From positions 145,948,001 through 146,012,000 of the forward strand of contig OZ024740.1 in assembly GCA_964016885.1 (NCBI GenBank): DNA of 64,000 bases, written 5' to 3'. Each line of letters opens with the position of its first letter. Position 1 is the stretch's first letter. Of this stretch, positions 11,770-25,129 are shown one piece after another. Under the pieces are notes generated by a model. That model searched no databases. It saw only the letters and a list, made by a program, of their open reading frames with translations, and was not told the origin of the DNA. The stretch comes from Eledone cirrhosa (lineage: Eukaryota). The translations under genes and the position numbers were made by a program.

Positions 11770-12774
11770 CTTCAACCTCTCTATACAGGTTGAGGCCAAT
11801 CTCTCGGTCGTTAATTACCTCGACGTTACCCTCAACTTATCGAATGGGTTGTATTACCCATATAGAAAGCCGAATGATACGCTTAATTACATAAGTAAGC
11901 ATTCCAACCATCCTGCCAGCATAACCAAGAACCTGGTAAGAAACTTTTCGTTGAGGCTTTCCCGTCTTTCCACCAACGAGCGTATTTTCAACGACCATTC
12001 CACTTATTACAATGAAGCTCTTGCTCGAAGTGGATTTGTCGATAAGGTAGCATATACAGAGTACGATAATAGACCTAGAAGAAATAGATCCCGTCGCATT
12101 TGTTGGTATAACCCACCATATAATTTGGAGGTGGCCACACCATTAGCTAAGATCTTTCTTTCCCTTATTACGAAGCATTTTCCCCCTACACATAAATATA
12201 GTAAAATTTTAATAGAAATACTATTAAAATTTCTTACTCTACGACTCCTAACCTTGCACATAACATCACAGCTTCAAATTTAGCCAATCTACCTAGCCGT
12301 AGGTACACGTGCAACCCTGTAGTTAGTACTAACTGTAATTGTAGGAATCGGGTTGATTGCCCCCTATCCGGGAAATGCCTCTCTAGTAACATTGTCTACA
12401 AATGTAAGGTTGTAACACCCACGTCCCGTAGGGCCTACATAGGGTTAACTGCCAATAGATTCAAGCAGCGTCTTTACATGCATACCCATTCTTTTCGTTA
12501 CCCTCTAAGAAGGAATATAACGTCACTTTCAGCTTATATCTGGAGTCTAAAAGACAACCACACCCAATATAAGTTACACTGGGAGATCCTAGCTAGGGCT
12601 AGATCGTATAACGGAAATAAAAGACCATGTGACCTCTGCGCCGCTGAGGCCCTGGAAATACTCTACGCCACAGACCACATCTTAAACAAAAAATCTGAGG
12701 CAATTTCGGCTTGTAAACATAAATTGCACAAAACTTTCCTGTATTACAGCCCCACGTTATACCCTAACGGATAG
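11770..12774 (+). pseudogene. PLE RT C-terminus plus GIY-YIG endonuclease, one frameshift near 12207
   Basis: ORFs 11849-12283 and 12478-12774 join if one T is restored (KIFNRNT). Confidence 0.8.
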
Positions 12775-13707
12775 TATGATCTATACGTGGACATTTTACG
12801 TCTCGATGTGGGAGCTAAGTATATGTTTTGTTTATACCTTTACTTATTTGCATAGGTAAGTATATATTATCCGTATGTTTTGTGAAGGTACGTATACCTT
12901 CTTGTACGTATATTTGATTGTTATGGCGTATAATTTTTTTATATATTCTGGTACATATGGTTCGGCTATGTGTATACGGGAGTTTTGCGTCTGTGTGAGT
13001 ATGCAGGTTCGTACGTATGTAGGGTGTGTGTATATGTGTACTTCATGTTTTGGTTGACTTACGTCTCCGAACATTCGTGTATTTACATGTAGGTATGTGT
13101 GCGCGCTTGTTATATACGTATTTATTTATTTATATACGTTTATATAATTATTTATTATTTTTATACACGCTTACACACACACACACATATTTATATGTGC
13201 GTGGTTTTGTTTACCTATGGTAAGTTTTTGCGTATGCATGTGTATGTACGTATTTGTTTGCGTGTATGTATTTATTTATTTCTATTACTTCTGTATTGTA
13301 TTTATTTACTTTGTTCTTAACTCTGTAGCAGAGATTCATTCGGTCTCCTAGTTAGAATTTAGTCTACGACTTCTGCTATACCATTTACGCGGTTTTGTCT
13401 TTGCGTGCTATTGTTCTCCACGCTCCACATATGACGTATTATCTTCGTTTTTTTCGTTCATTGCCAGAGAACATCTCTATGCACCACCTAAGAGAACATT
13501 AGTCTACAACCTCTTTTATACCATAAACGTGGTTCTGCCTTTGCGCGTAATTGTTTTTCACCGCTCCTATTAATGACGTATTATATTCGTTTTTTCCCGT
13601 TCTCAGCCAGCGAACGTTTCCACGAACCAAAGTATCGTCTTCCTGTCTTCCTCCGGTTGCAACGTTTTTTGAAATATCCAGTTCTGCGTTTACAGATTGA
13701 CTTTGTT

Positions 13708-13758
13708 AGTTTCAGAAGATCCCGTTAAGGGTGAAAGCAGCGATTCTTTGCTTAAACT
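13708..13758 (+). ncRNA. Hammerhead ribozyme-like motif with variant core CAGAAGA
   Basis: AGTTT CAGAAGA t CCC gttaa GGG t GAAA GCA..TGC TT AAACT. Confidence 0.6.
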
Positions 13759-14235
13759 TTAATCTGTTATTTTAATAAATATTTGCTCTACGGTTCTGAG
13801 ATATTTGATATATATTTATCCTTATCGAGCCCTCTTTGGATTTTAGTCTTCAAATTTATTATTATTACTATGTATATATATATTTCTCACGAATGAACCC
13901 GGAATAACTTATATTGTATATATATATATATATATCCAACCAATCTTGCATTCAAGCGGGACAATTCCCATCTAACCCATGCTAGCGTGGAAGATAGACA
14001 TTAAATGATGATGATGATGTAAACGAAGATGATGACATACAATTCTATATATATATATAATCATCATCTATATATATATATATATATATACAATTATATA
14101 TATAATATATATATATATATACAATTATGTATATATATAATCATCATCATCATCGTTTAACGTCTATCTTCCACACTAGCATGGGTTAGACGGGAATTGT
14201 CCAACTAGAGGCAAGATTGGTCATATATATATATA

Positions 14236-14340
14236 GGAAAATGTATGACCCCGACGGCAGAGCTCAAGCCGTTTGGACGGCTATTTCTGGACTCTGGTGC
14301 GTTATGGTCCATCTGGTTCCTTACCACAACTCCCTCGTTA
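14236..14340. mobile_element. Second copy of the 9462 hairpin-plus-tail family (inverted arm plus short tail)
   Basis: Shares tatgaccccgacggcagagctcaagccgttt and ggtccatctggttccttaccacaactcc. Confidence 0.7.
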
Positions 14341-14369
14341 TATATATATATGTATATATATATACAATA

Positions 14370-16410
14370 TCATCATCATCATTTAACGTCAATCTTCCAT
14401 GCTAGCATGGGTTAGACGGCAGTTGTCCCACTTGAGGCAAGGTTTGTCGGGTGACCATGCCTCGCTCATATAGGACTATCTGGCAGGTTTTCTATGGCTG
14501 GATGCCCTTCCTAACACCAACCACATTTACAGTGTGGAACTGGGAACTTTTTACCGTGTTACCTACATGGCCACATTACAGAGTGGACTGTGTGTTTTTT
14601 TGTCGTGACACCTACACGATCTCGATCTCATTATCTCATTTATTTGGACTGGATGTTGTGGTACCAACTTTACAGAGAGAGGGTGGTGTTGGTGGGAGTG
14701 GGAGGATAGGATAGGGGTAGTGGATTGGGGTGTATATTTGGTTAAGAGGTGCCTATGACTGTAGGTTTCGCTTTGTACATAGGCAAGGCGGATCTTCTGT
14801 ATTACTGCGTAGCGCCAAAGATCTCGGTCCAGTGACATTGTCTCAGAGAGGTACAAGTGTGTAAGGTCAGAATTCATCAAATCGTCCCAGGTTTTTCTGG
14901 GTCTATCTACTCTGTAACTTGCATCAATTTTGATCGCCCTGCACTTTTTTATACAGCTGTCGTATTTCATGCGCATCACGTGAGCATACCAACGTAGTCT
15001 TCTCTCAAGTAAACAGCATCTGATCCCTCTTATTCATAATTTCTCACTTAGTTCATTTATGCTTTGCCGTTCACGTATATTACTATTATACATCCAACAG
15101 AGCATACATGCTTCGTTCCTTTCCAGTCTGCGCAGGTCCTCTGCACACAATGCCCATGTCTCACTGCCATGTAGCATTGCTGTTCCTATGCAGGCATCAT
15201 ACAATCTGCCTTTCATTTTTAGAGAGAAACCTTTTGTGGCCAACAGCAGTATAAGCTCTCAGAGCTTTTTCCATCCCGTTCTGACCCTGGCTACTGTACT
15301 TTCAGAGCACCCTCCACCACTGCTGATTTTGTCACCCAGTTAACGGAAAGTGTCCACTATTTCTGTAGAACCATCTGGGCAATAGAAGGGGCTAGTATCC
15401 TGTGAGCACATGCTACTTATTGCACCTGAGCATCGGCCATATATAAAATCTACATTAGATAGCTTACCTGTGATCCCACTACATCTTTTATGTACCCATA
15501 GTTTGCATTTGGGACATAAAATGGAATTTCTACCTACTCCTTTCCTACACACTGAGCATGGCCATTTCCCAGAGGGCACCTGTGCCCTATTTTCCTTTCT
15601 ACATACTAGAACTTTAGTCTTAGACAAGTTAACTTTAAGGCCTTTTGATTCTAGCCCATGCTTCCATGTTTGGAATTTCTTCTCTAGTTCAGCCATAGAT
15701 TCAGCTATGAGAGTTAGATCATCTGCGTATAAAAGTTCCCATGGGCAGCCTGTCTTAAACTCCTCTGTTATAGCCTGAAGGGCAATAATAAATAGGAGGG
15801 GGCTAAGGACAGAGCCTTGATGGACACCAACTTTTACACTAAATTCTTCGCTATATTCATTGTTAATTCTAACCTTACTGACTGTTTCTTTATACATTGT
15901 ATAGCTCTCACAAGCCATTCATCTACACCTAGTTTTCTAAGAGCCCACCAGATAATGGAGCGGGGCACTCTGTCAAAGCTTTCTCCAGATCTACAAAAGC
16001 TAAGTAGAGGGGTTTACTTTTAGCTAGGTACTTCTGCTGTAGTTGTTGTACAAGGAAAAGAGCGTCTGTGGTACTTTTACCTGACACAAACCCAAACTGC
16101 ATTTCATCTAGATCAATTCGCTCTCTGATTAGTTGTGCTATAACTCTTTCTGTGACCTTCATGACCTGGTCAACTAACTTAATGCCTCTATAGCTTCCCC
16201 TATCTAGAGCATCCCCTTTAACCTTGTAGCAGTTAATGATGATGCTGCTACGCCAGTCATTTGGTATGTATGACCCCATTCTGTATTACTTGGTTTACTA
16301 TCCGGGTGACCATAGTATGTCCCACCATTCTAGATGCTTTCAACATCTTGGCAACTATCTCCGAAGGCCTTGCCTGTCTTCATATCTTTGATTGCCTTAC
16401 TTATTATACT
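14370..16410 (-). mobile_element. 5'-truncated RTE LINE, frameshifted
   Basis: ORF fragments with FVDLEKA, QGSVLSPLLF, YADD, PHD-like finger; (CAT)n tail. Confidence 0.95.
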
Positions 16411-16587
16411 ACCTTTATATATATATATATATATATGATGATGATATTGTTTTATATATATATCATATATATGTATATATTATATATAAGCAAAGGGATA
16501 TTTAATTTGTTGGTAATTCAACAAATATATATATTTATAACTGATTCGAAGCACTGGACAGGTTTTCTGGAGTATAATATCAATCTA

Positions 16588-16885
16588 ATCTAAACTATAA
16601 TAAAGGAAGGTCTGCGGGACTGTGTACGGCTTTTTTTAATCCCATTAGATGTTGGATTACTTTGAATAAATAATGAATGAATATTACCTAATTTATCTAC
16701 TAAATTTCGTAAACAAAAATAATTTCATAAAAATAAATAATTTAAAATTGACTTGGTTTCAAAGTTGCACTTCCGGTATATCGTTGCTACCACCACTACC
16801 ATATATATAGAAAGAAACAGTGTGTGATATTAACACTTCCGGTGGCGATCACTTAAATAAACATACTAATTTTCTCCATGCAGTT
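16588..16885 (+). mobile_element. Non-autonomous interspersed repeat, possibly Helitron-like
   Basis: Starts tctaaactataataaagg; homologous to 40351-40615. Confidence 0.5.
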
Positions 16886-17152
16886 TATATATAATATCGT
16901 CTTCTTTTTAGTGTATCATGGATTACGTTACTGATTACATAAGACAGTGTAACAACGTCTTCGTTCAATTTCTGTTTATATTGTCAATTACGATTTTATT
17001 TGATGTATCTACATATATATATACTCTACACACACATATATATACACACAACACATGCTAGCAGAAAACCACCCGAAGGATACTATCCAGGTAAAACTTG
17101 AACCGTTAATCTCGTTCCTGGATATGTCAATATTTATAAAACAAACTTTGTA

Positions 17153-17209
17153 TTTTATCTGATGAGAGCGTACCAAAGTTTTGGTACCCTTGAAATATAT
17201 ATAATAGAA
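17153..17209 (+). ncRNA. Type I hammerhead ribozyme
   Basis: TTTTAT CTGATGA gagc GTACCAAA gt TTTGGTAC cctt GAAA TATATA TA ATAGAA. Confidence 0.75.
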
Positions 17210-18059
17210 TAAATATGGTTTTATAAATATAGTTTCCATTTATTAATATCATTGATATATATTATATATATTATATATATATGTGTGTGTATATATATAT
17301 ATAATATATATATATATATAAATATATATATATTAAAATTATATATATATATGTGTGTGTGTAAGCCGCCATTGATTGTTTTTCTCTAATCTATTATCTG
17401 TTTATTTATTTATTTATTTTCATCCAAGATTAGTAATTAGATGTGACTAAGTCACAAACCATGTGGAGAAAAAAGTAATTATAACTTTGATATAATGTTT
17501 TTTACAGATCTCTTATTTTTATTTCAAATCATTTAAAACTGTGGTATGCAACGAAACACCTTCGGTAAAACAATCCCCTCTTTAATCTCGATAACATCTA
17601 GAATTGCTTTCTTCTAGGCCATGTAGTCAGTCATACGTTGTAATTGGAACATATGCTGATCAACAATGTTCTATATCTTTAATACAGAATTCTGTATTTA
17701 ATTTGTAATTTTGCTAGTAAACAAACATATTTCACTTGGTATACCTGAACAGTTCAAATATACCCGAACAAAGTTTACTTTGGTGCTTTTCCAGAATAGC
17801 TCACTCCCAACACGATAAATTAATATAAGACAATAATGTAATCCTAACGGATTTATTCCAAATTAAAGTTACCTTAGGGTTAATTCAATCAGTTTCCTCT
17901 AATTAATTCAGCCATACAAGCAGTAAGCACGAATTAACCGTAACCCCAATCTGCGTTTCCTTTTTGCCTCCCAGTGTAATCATTTACACACACACACGTG
18001 TGTGTTTGTAAACACACACACACACATATATAAATTTACAGTAGAATAATGTTGCAAAT

Positions 18060-18762
18060 ATGTTTTAAATATATACATAAATAACATATCAAATGCGTAA
18101 ATAACACCAAAAGTTGCTCGCAATTCGTTCAGAAGGACAAATATGAATAAACCATGTATAATAACACAATAGTATAAATTCACGAACAAAAATGATAAAG
18201 GAAAGAAAGAAGAAAAAAAAAAAAAGAAAAGGCAATTCACACCAAGTGTGACAATCTGCAACACCTCACACCTTGGGGGTTAACTGTATACTTTCAGGCA
18301 ACCCAACACACTCGCAGCATTACCACGGGTGATGGTGGAGCCCTCACAGGCAACACCTGACACCTCAGTAAGGCGAGCCGCCAGTGAAGACAAGAACTTT
18401 GCTGCCAGCGGCCCAACTCTACCGAACGTCTCAGGCTGGAAAAAATAATTGCTTGATAAGTCCTGGTATTACTGAATTTTATTCTATTTGGTAGTGGAAG
18501 CGGTAACCCTCCCCCCTCTCCACATTCATCGTGGTGTCCATGATGTGGGAGGGAGCAAAAGAGTCACTGACTGTGACGTCCCAGATGAGACACCTACCTC
18601 TCACCCAGGGACAAAGGGTAAGACCATTTGGTCTCTTCCCATCACTTCTAGATAAACCAGCCGGCTCTAGAACTGTGGGGATATTAACCTGACCTAGGGC
18701 CCGTTTGATGATCAGGTTTAGTTCGGTGTGACAGGCAAAATGACCAGCATTCAGGCGGCAAT
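18060..18762 (-). mobile_element. CRE/SLACS-like non-LTR retrotransposon 3' fragment (restriction-like endonuclease)
   Basis: Manual translation gives HTELNLIIKRAL...LEPAGLSRSDGKRPNGLTLCPW..GRCLIWDVTVSD...ETFG...RGNAASVLG. Confidence 0.85.
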
Positions 18763-19435
18763 CATCATCATCATCATCATGGTTTTACGTCCGTTCTTCC
18801 ACGCTAGCATGGGTTAGACGGGTTGTCCTGTTGTGGGCCGTGTCCAGTCGGCTGACCTTGTCTTGCTCATACAGGAACTGATTCTGGCTTGATTTCAACA
18901 GCTGGATGCCCTTCCTAACACCAACCTCATTTACAGTGAGTGCTGGGTGATTTTTTTCCATAGCGCCTACACGTCCACTTTATAGTGTGGGCTGGGTGCT
19001 TTTTTGCGGTGGCACCTCCACAACCACCTTGCAGTGGGAGGGGGTGGGGGAATATTGTCTATATGCTTCAGCTTCGGCTTGTACCCGTGGGAAGTCGGGT
19101 CTTCTGTATTACTGAGTGACGCCAGAGGTCACGGTCATGTGTCATTGCCTATGAGATGTGCAATTGGGTAAGGTCGGCTTCTATCACCTCATCCGAGGTC
19201 TTCTTGGGTCTCCCCACTCCGCGGCTTCCATCTACTTCTAGTGTTCTGCATCTTTTTATGCAGCTGTCATCCTTCATGCGCATCACATGCCTATACCAAC
19301 ACAACCTTCTCTCCTGCACACAGCATTTGATTCCTCTTATGTTCAGTCTCTCTCTCAATTCGTTTATGCTTTCCGCTCACGTATATTACTATTACACATC
19401 CATCGGAGCATACAGACTTTGTTTCTTTCCAATCT
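18762..19435 (-). mobile_element. RTE LINE 3' fragment, same subfamily as 50897-52946
   Basis: ORF 19149-19358 plus a near-identical 3' UTR. Confidence 0.9.
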
Positions 19436-19499
19436 ATGCAAGTATGAGTGAGAGAGAGAGAGATGGTATGAGAAAAAAAGGAGAGGGGTTGAAAAAGAA

Positions 19500-19830
19500 A
19501 GAAAGTTTAAGCAAAGAATCGCTGCTTTCAACATTAATGGGATCTTCTTAAACTAAAAAATTCAATCTGTGAACGCAGAATTAAATATTTCGATAAATGT
19601 TGCAACCGAAGGAAAACAGGAAAACAATATTTTGGTTCGTGAAGACGTTTCGTGGTAATGAATGGAAAAAAAGCGAGGATAATACGTCGTTATGTGGACC
19701 GAGAAGAGCAATTTCATGCAAAGACGAGACCAAGTTTATGGTATAAATGGAGTCGTTAGACTAATATTTTATTTAAAATAACCGAATGATTTCCAGCCCC
19801 GGAGTTTAAGAATGATGTAAATAAAATTGT
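19500..19830 (-). mobile_element. Diverged pseudo-LTR of the 11630-13870 PLE family
   Basis: aaagtttaagcaaagaatcgctgctttca... matches the reverse complement of ~13330-13760. Confidence 0.8.
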
Positions 19831-19854
19831 AAACGAAAATGACAGAGGTTATTA

Positions 19855-19970
19855 AAATAGTTGTTTCTATTTTGGGCACAAGGCCAGCAATAACCCAGTA
19901 CATTACTGGTACTTTATTTTATCAACCCCGTAAGGATGAAAGGCAAAGTTAACCTCGACAGGATTTTAAC
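19855..19970 (-). mobile_element. SINE family A fragment
   Basis: Reverse complement of 5135-5245. Confidence 0.75.
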
Positions 19971-20234
19971 TTTGCCTTAAAATAGTAAAAGTAAATAGTG
20001 AAGATTTAGGCCAGTACATACGTATGCGACGACGGACATACACATACAAACGCGCGCGCGTGTGTGTAAACCTTATGCATTTCTACAGTATTTTCACCAA
20101 ACTTAAGACATAGGTTACTTATGTACTCCGGATAGTCATGGGCACTTTCATTTTTCCAGATATTGATTATAGGGCCTCCCGGCAGATAACCCCCTTTAAC
20201 CGCTTCCTTGGAGTCGACTGAAGCACTGCAGTGC

Positions 20235-20878
20235 AATGCAACAAAACGTCATAACTTCTGGAGTTCGCAACCGATTTTCACAAAACTTGACACATGGGCT
20301 ACGTTTGTTCTACAGATGAATGTGAAAGGAACTTAACATTGTAACTTTAACGCAGCTACTGAGCAGCCCCGAGAAATGCCGGGCTTTACTGCTATAGGCG
20401 ATAAAGTTGTGCATAGAGGTGATATAGGCGATAAAGTTGTGCAGACAGACAGTCGGGCTGATAGACGATGGAGGCATGCAGACAGTCGTGCAGAGAGGTG
20501 ATATAGGCGATGAAATTGCATTTTTTTTTTTGTTTTTTATGTCCATCCAATTTCTTTCTTTCAAAATAACTGATAGTTTGGTTACGCTGATTTTTTTTTC
20601 TGAGACAAGTGTTGCAGTGTTTACATTTTCAATTTTTGTTAATAGATTACCAGTGCAGTTTTTATCCCCAGCATCCTCTTTTGTTTTAACATTCGAGTTA
20701 TGGTTATGTTTTCTTAACTTCATAAGGCATACTGTTGGTTGAGGGAATATTAATCAAAAGTACCACATGAATGTCTACACTGTAGACTCTACAGTTTTTA
20801 AGCCAAGAAAGGAACTTAACATTGTAACTTTAACACAGCTACTGAGCAGCCCCGAGTAACGCCGGGCTTTACTGCTAG
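20235..20878 (+). mobile_element. Non-autonomous Helitron with a duplicated 3' terminus
   Basis: Ends cccg-agtaacgc-cggg hairpin then CTAG|T; a second copy of the end lies at ~20325-20395; 5' boundary uncertain. Confidence 0.7.
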
Positions 20879-21341
20879 TATATATATATATATATATATC
20901 GCCAACATGGGTTAGATGAGTTGTCCCATTTTGTGACAACCCAGATCAAGTGACTATACTTTGCTGATACAGAACTGGTTTTGGCTTGGTTTCTATGACT
21001 GGATACCCTTCCTAATGCCAAGCACATTTACAGTGTGTGCTGGGTGCTTTTTGCCGTGTCTCCTACAGGACCACTTTATAGTGTGAACTGGGATTAGAGT
21101 GGGTGTGGTGCATGGGATTAGAGTGGTAGATCTAGTGGGAGGCTGTGGATGAAGGGGGGAGTGTTAGGATGCGGTGGAGTGTTAGGAATTTGGAGGTGTA
21201 TGGAAGAGGGAGGTAAGGGAAAGTGATGGATACTAGATGTATACTTCACTGTATATATATGTGTGTTCTGTATATTTGAAAGAAATATTTTCCAAACAAT
21301 AAATGTCATTTTCAGAGTCCTTTTTATGAGTATGAAATATC

Positions 21342-23990
21342 ATTTTACGTTCGCTTTTCCCTGCTTGCAAGGGTGGGACGGGTCCTATTCAGCACAGCAT
21401 CTCTCCACTTATCATGATTCTTCATCATCTCCTCCGTGAGCTTCAGCGATCTGAGGTCTGCTCTCACCACCTCCGCCCATGTTTTTCGTAGTTTTCCTCT
21501 ACTGCGTCTTCCTTCTACTGGGATTTCTTGGCACTTCTTTACCCAACGGTCATCCTCCATGCGCATCACATGTCCATACCATCGCAGTCTTCTCTCCCGC
21601 ACACTACAACTTATCCCTCTTATACACAGTTTCTCTCTCAACTCATGTATGCTTGGCCGTTCACGCACATTGACATTGCACATCCAACGGAGCATGCTTG
21701 CCTCATTTCTCTCCAGCCATCGCATATCATCTGCAGTTGCTGCCCATGTCTCACTACCATGCAGCATCACGCATCTCACATGGGCATCATATAACTGGCC
21801 TTTCGTATGCAGGGAGAAACCCTTCTTTCTCAACAGAGGAAGCAGCTCTCTAAACTTCTTCCAACCCATTCTTATTCTAGATACTATGGCCTCGGAATAC
21901 CCCCTCCCATGCTAATCTGATCACCTAGGTACTGGAAGCTATCAACCGCTTCCATAGAAACTACTTGCATTTGAAAAATGTGTCTATCACTGTGACTTCT
22001 ACTGTCAAATTTCCCTGTACATCTACTGCATATGTAGTTTTCCCTACCTGTTAGTTTGCCTGCTATCCCACTACATCTCTTGTGTACCCAAGATCTGCAT
22101 TGTGTACATTTTATAGAATTTATGCCAGATCCTTTTCTACATATCGAACATGGCCATTTCCCTGATGGAATCAGAGTTTTGTCCTCTTTTCTACTTATCA
22201 ACACTTTTGTCTTAGCTAGGTTCACTCTTTGTCCTCTTGATTCCAACTGCTGTTTCCACAGCCAGAATTTATTCTCTAGCTCCTCTACTGATTTTGCTAT
22301 AAGAACCAGATCGTCAACATAGAGAAGTTCCCATGGGTAGCCAGTCTTAAACGCCTCTGATATGGCTTGGAGGACTATAATGAACAAGGGCAGACTGAGG
22401 ACCGAACCCTGATGTACTCCTACTTGTATCTGGAATTCCTCAGTAAACTCCATTCCTGCTCTCACTTTACTGACAGCACTCCTGTACATAGCTTGCACTG
22501 TCCTCACATGCCATTCCTCTACACCTAGTTTCCTTAGGGACCACCAGCTGACAGATCGGGGTACCCTATCAAAAGCCTTCTCTAGGTCAACAAAAGTTAA
22601 GTATAGTGGCTTATTCTTCTCTAAGAACCTCTCTTGTAGTTGTCTCACTAAGAAGGGGGCATCTGTTGTATTTTTCCCAAGCACAAAACCAAACTGCATC
22701 TCATCTAATTTGATCCTTTCTCTAATTAGTTGCGCTAATATTCTTTCTGCCACTTTCATAACCTGATCCATTAGTTTTATGCCCCGATAATTGCTCCTCT
22801 CCAGAGCATCCCCTTTACCTTTGTAACAATTTATGAGAATATTGCTGCACCAGTCTTTGGGTATGACTCCGCCATATATATAGTTTGATTGACGATGCGT
22901 GCAACCAGTTTTGTACCTACTTCTACTGATGCCTTCAGCATCTCAGCAACTATCTCCGATGGTCCAACGGCCTTACCATTTTTCATTTCCTTAATTGCCT
23001 CTTGGACTCTATATTCGTCACTCTCAATAGCTGGTCCATCTGTCGGGTCTACTAGGAGTAGTTTCTCTAAGTGCCACTAAGTGCACCAGCATCATTTCGG
23101 ACACACCTATCTCCAACAACATCCTGATTTACACTGACACACTGCCTTGCAATGTGGAACACTGCATGTCTCTGATCTTCCCGTCGCAGAACATTGGCAA
23201 ACCTCCTACTCTCAGCCTCCCTGTGTGCTAAGTACACCTGATGCCTAGCTTCTCTCTTAGCGGCTGTGTATCGATCTCTACTCCCATCCTTTTTCCAAGC
23301 GTTCTATGCTAGTCTTTTGTCACCAGGTCACTCTCTGTCTTGTCGGAGCTCTGCTCCAGCCACAAGTTTCTTCAGTAGCCTGCAGTAAGTTGTCACGTAA
23401 GAAATTCCAGTTATCATCTATGTCATACGATTCGAAATCATCCTCTTTTTCGTCATACACATCTTGAAGGCATTTCCTAAATTTATATTTCAGTGAAAGG
23501 TCTCATTTTGTCTCTTGCTTATTGAGATGTCACCAACGACTAACCTATGCTGTGGGGGTACATTCTTCCCCGGGGTATGCCTTAGTATTTGACACTATCT
23601 GTTTCGTTGCCTAACTAGCAAGAAGTCAATTTGGCTTATGTGCTCGCTTGATTTGTAGGTTATTAGGTGGTTGGTAGGCTTCTTGAAGTTAGTGTTGCAA
23701 ATGGTTAGTGCACTTGCATCACAAAATTCAAGAAGCCTCACTCCTTCTTCGTTTCTTGAGCCATAACCGTGCCCACCATGTACCCCAGTGTATCCATCCT
23801 GGAGCTGTCCAACATGACCATTGAAGTCCCCTGCTAGCATAACTATGTCTCTGTCCTCTGTCATTGTGGCTGTTTCTAAAAGTTGCTCGTAAAAGCAGTC
23901 TTTCTCTTCTCTACCTAGGCTGGCCTGGGGAGCATAGGTAAAAATGATTGTCAGCAGTCTCTTGCCTACAATTAATCTAATCTTAATTAT
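21342..23990 (-). mobile_element. RTE LINE (APE endonuclease remnant plus RT), degenerate
   Basis: AGDFNGHVG, SQIDFLL (APE); FVDLEKAFDRVPR, YVDD; ORFs 21884-22771 and 21345-21869. Confidence 0.95.
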
Positions 23991-24149
23991 AAATATATCT
24001 ATAATATATCATATTGCTATTGTTTACAACTAGGTCAGCACTGATATTGGGACTACCTATGGCAGAGGCTTCACAGTCATGGCAATCATGGTTTTTTCCT
24101 ATTCAGAAGAGAGTCAAGCCACATTATACCAATTAACCCTTTTCTTTTA

Positions 24150-24730
24150 GATGGCCTCATGTTGGCTCATGATATAGGAGCAATAAATTCAATTTATTTC
24201 ATTATTGAACCCATTCAGGTGTTTACTTAGAAACTTCCATGTCTTGAGATGCAGTCAGAGTAATCCAGTCTTTCCTATCCTTAGCCAGGGCAAGTACATC
24301 CTTCCATCCTATTCACCAGTCATAGATCTTGCACAATGTTCTTGTGCCAATACATTTTAGGTTTTCCTGGCTTTCTTTTACTTCCTGCAACCCAGTGCAA
24401 AGTCTAGTTGGCTGGTCTCGTCTGTGGTAGGCTAGAAAGGTGTCCAAGCCAACTAAGGCCCCTTTTCCAAATGTTTGACAATACTTGCTACTGACCTGTT
24501 TGTTCCACGATTTCTCTATTACAATAAAGTTATCCCATTTGACACTATGGATTTTCCTCAGGCATTTGGTGTAAAAAATCATCAAGATTTTTCTCTTGGT
24601 TGCTTTTGTGTTGTTACATCTCACAACCACACAGAAGAGTAGACATCACATTGGAGTTGGAGAATTATAGTTTTAGCTTGAGAGAAAACCTTTTACTGGC
24701 CCAGGTTTTGTTGAGTTAATTAAGCATCAG
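24150..24730 (-). mobile_element. Old RTE-type LINE 3' fragment
   Basis: TKCLRKIHSVKW and a decayed LA.DR.DW-like terminus. Confidence 0.55.
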
Positions 24731-25129
24731 TTATTTGTCCAATAGAAAAATTACTTGTATATATCATAACTTCTTAAAGAATAAGAAATTGTAAGATAAG
24801 CATATTGTAATAGTATTCAGTAGATCAAAACATCTTATTTTAGTAATCTATTTATCAAAAAAAGACTATATGTGTGTGTTGACCTTGTAAAATAGTAATG
24901 CTGCTGTCATGAAAAGAAAAAGCACCCAGAACATACTGTAAGTTGGTTGGCATTAGGAAAGGCATCCAGCAATAGAAAATCAAACCAAAAACAGATCATA
25001 TGAGCAAGATGTGGTCACCTGACCTGTTTAGCCTTATAAGATGACAGCCCCTCCAACATATGCAAGCATGGAAAATAGATTTTAAATGGTGGTGGTGATG
25101 ATGATGTGTGTGTATTGGGTGGTAGGTAC

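Larger units (their letters stand above)
11630..13870 (+). mobile_element. 5'-truncated Penelope-like element (probably Naiad clade) with an inverted 5' pseudo-LTR
   Basis: RT thumb (NYLDVTLNL, YRKPND, SNHP, WYNPPY), CNCR..CPL.GKC, GIY-YIG-like VY/YIG.T..FKQR, CDLC, CKH; 11630-11769 is the reverse complement of 13642-13782. Confidence 0.9.

Noticed and set aside
12300-12774. Selenocysteine recoding, as reported for some Naiad PLEs
   Set aside because: The visible Cys motifs use TGT/TGC, with no in-frame TGA
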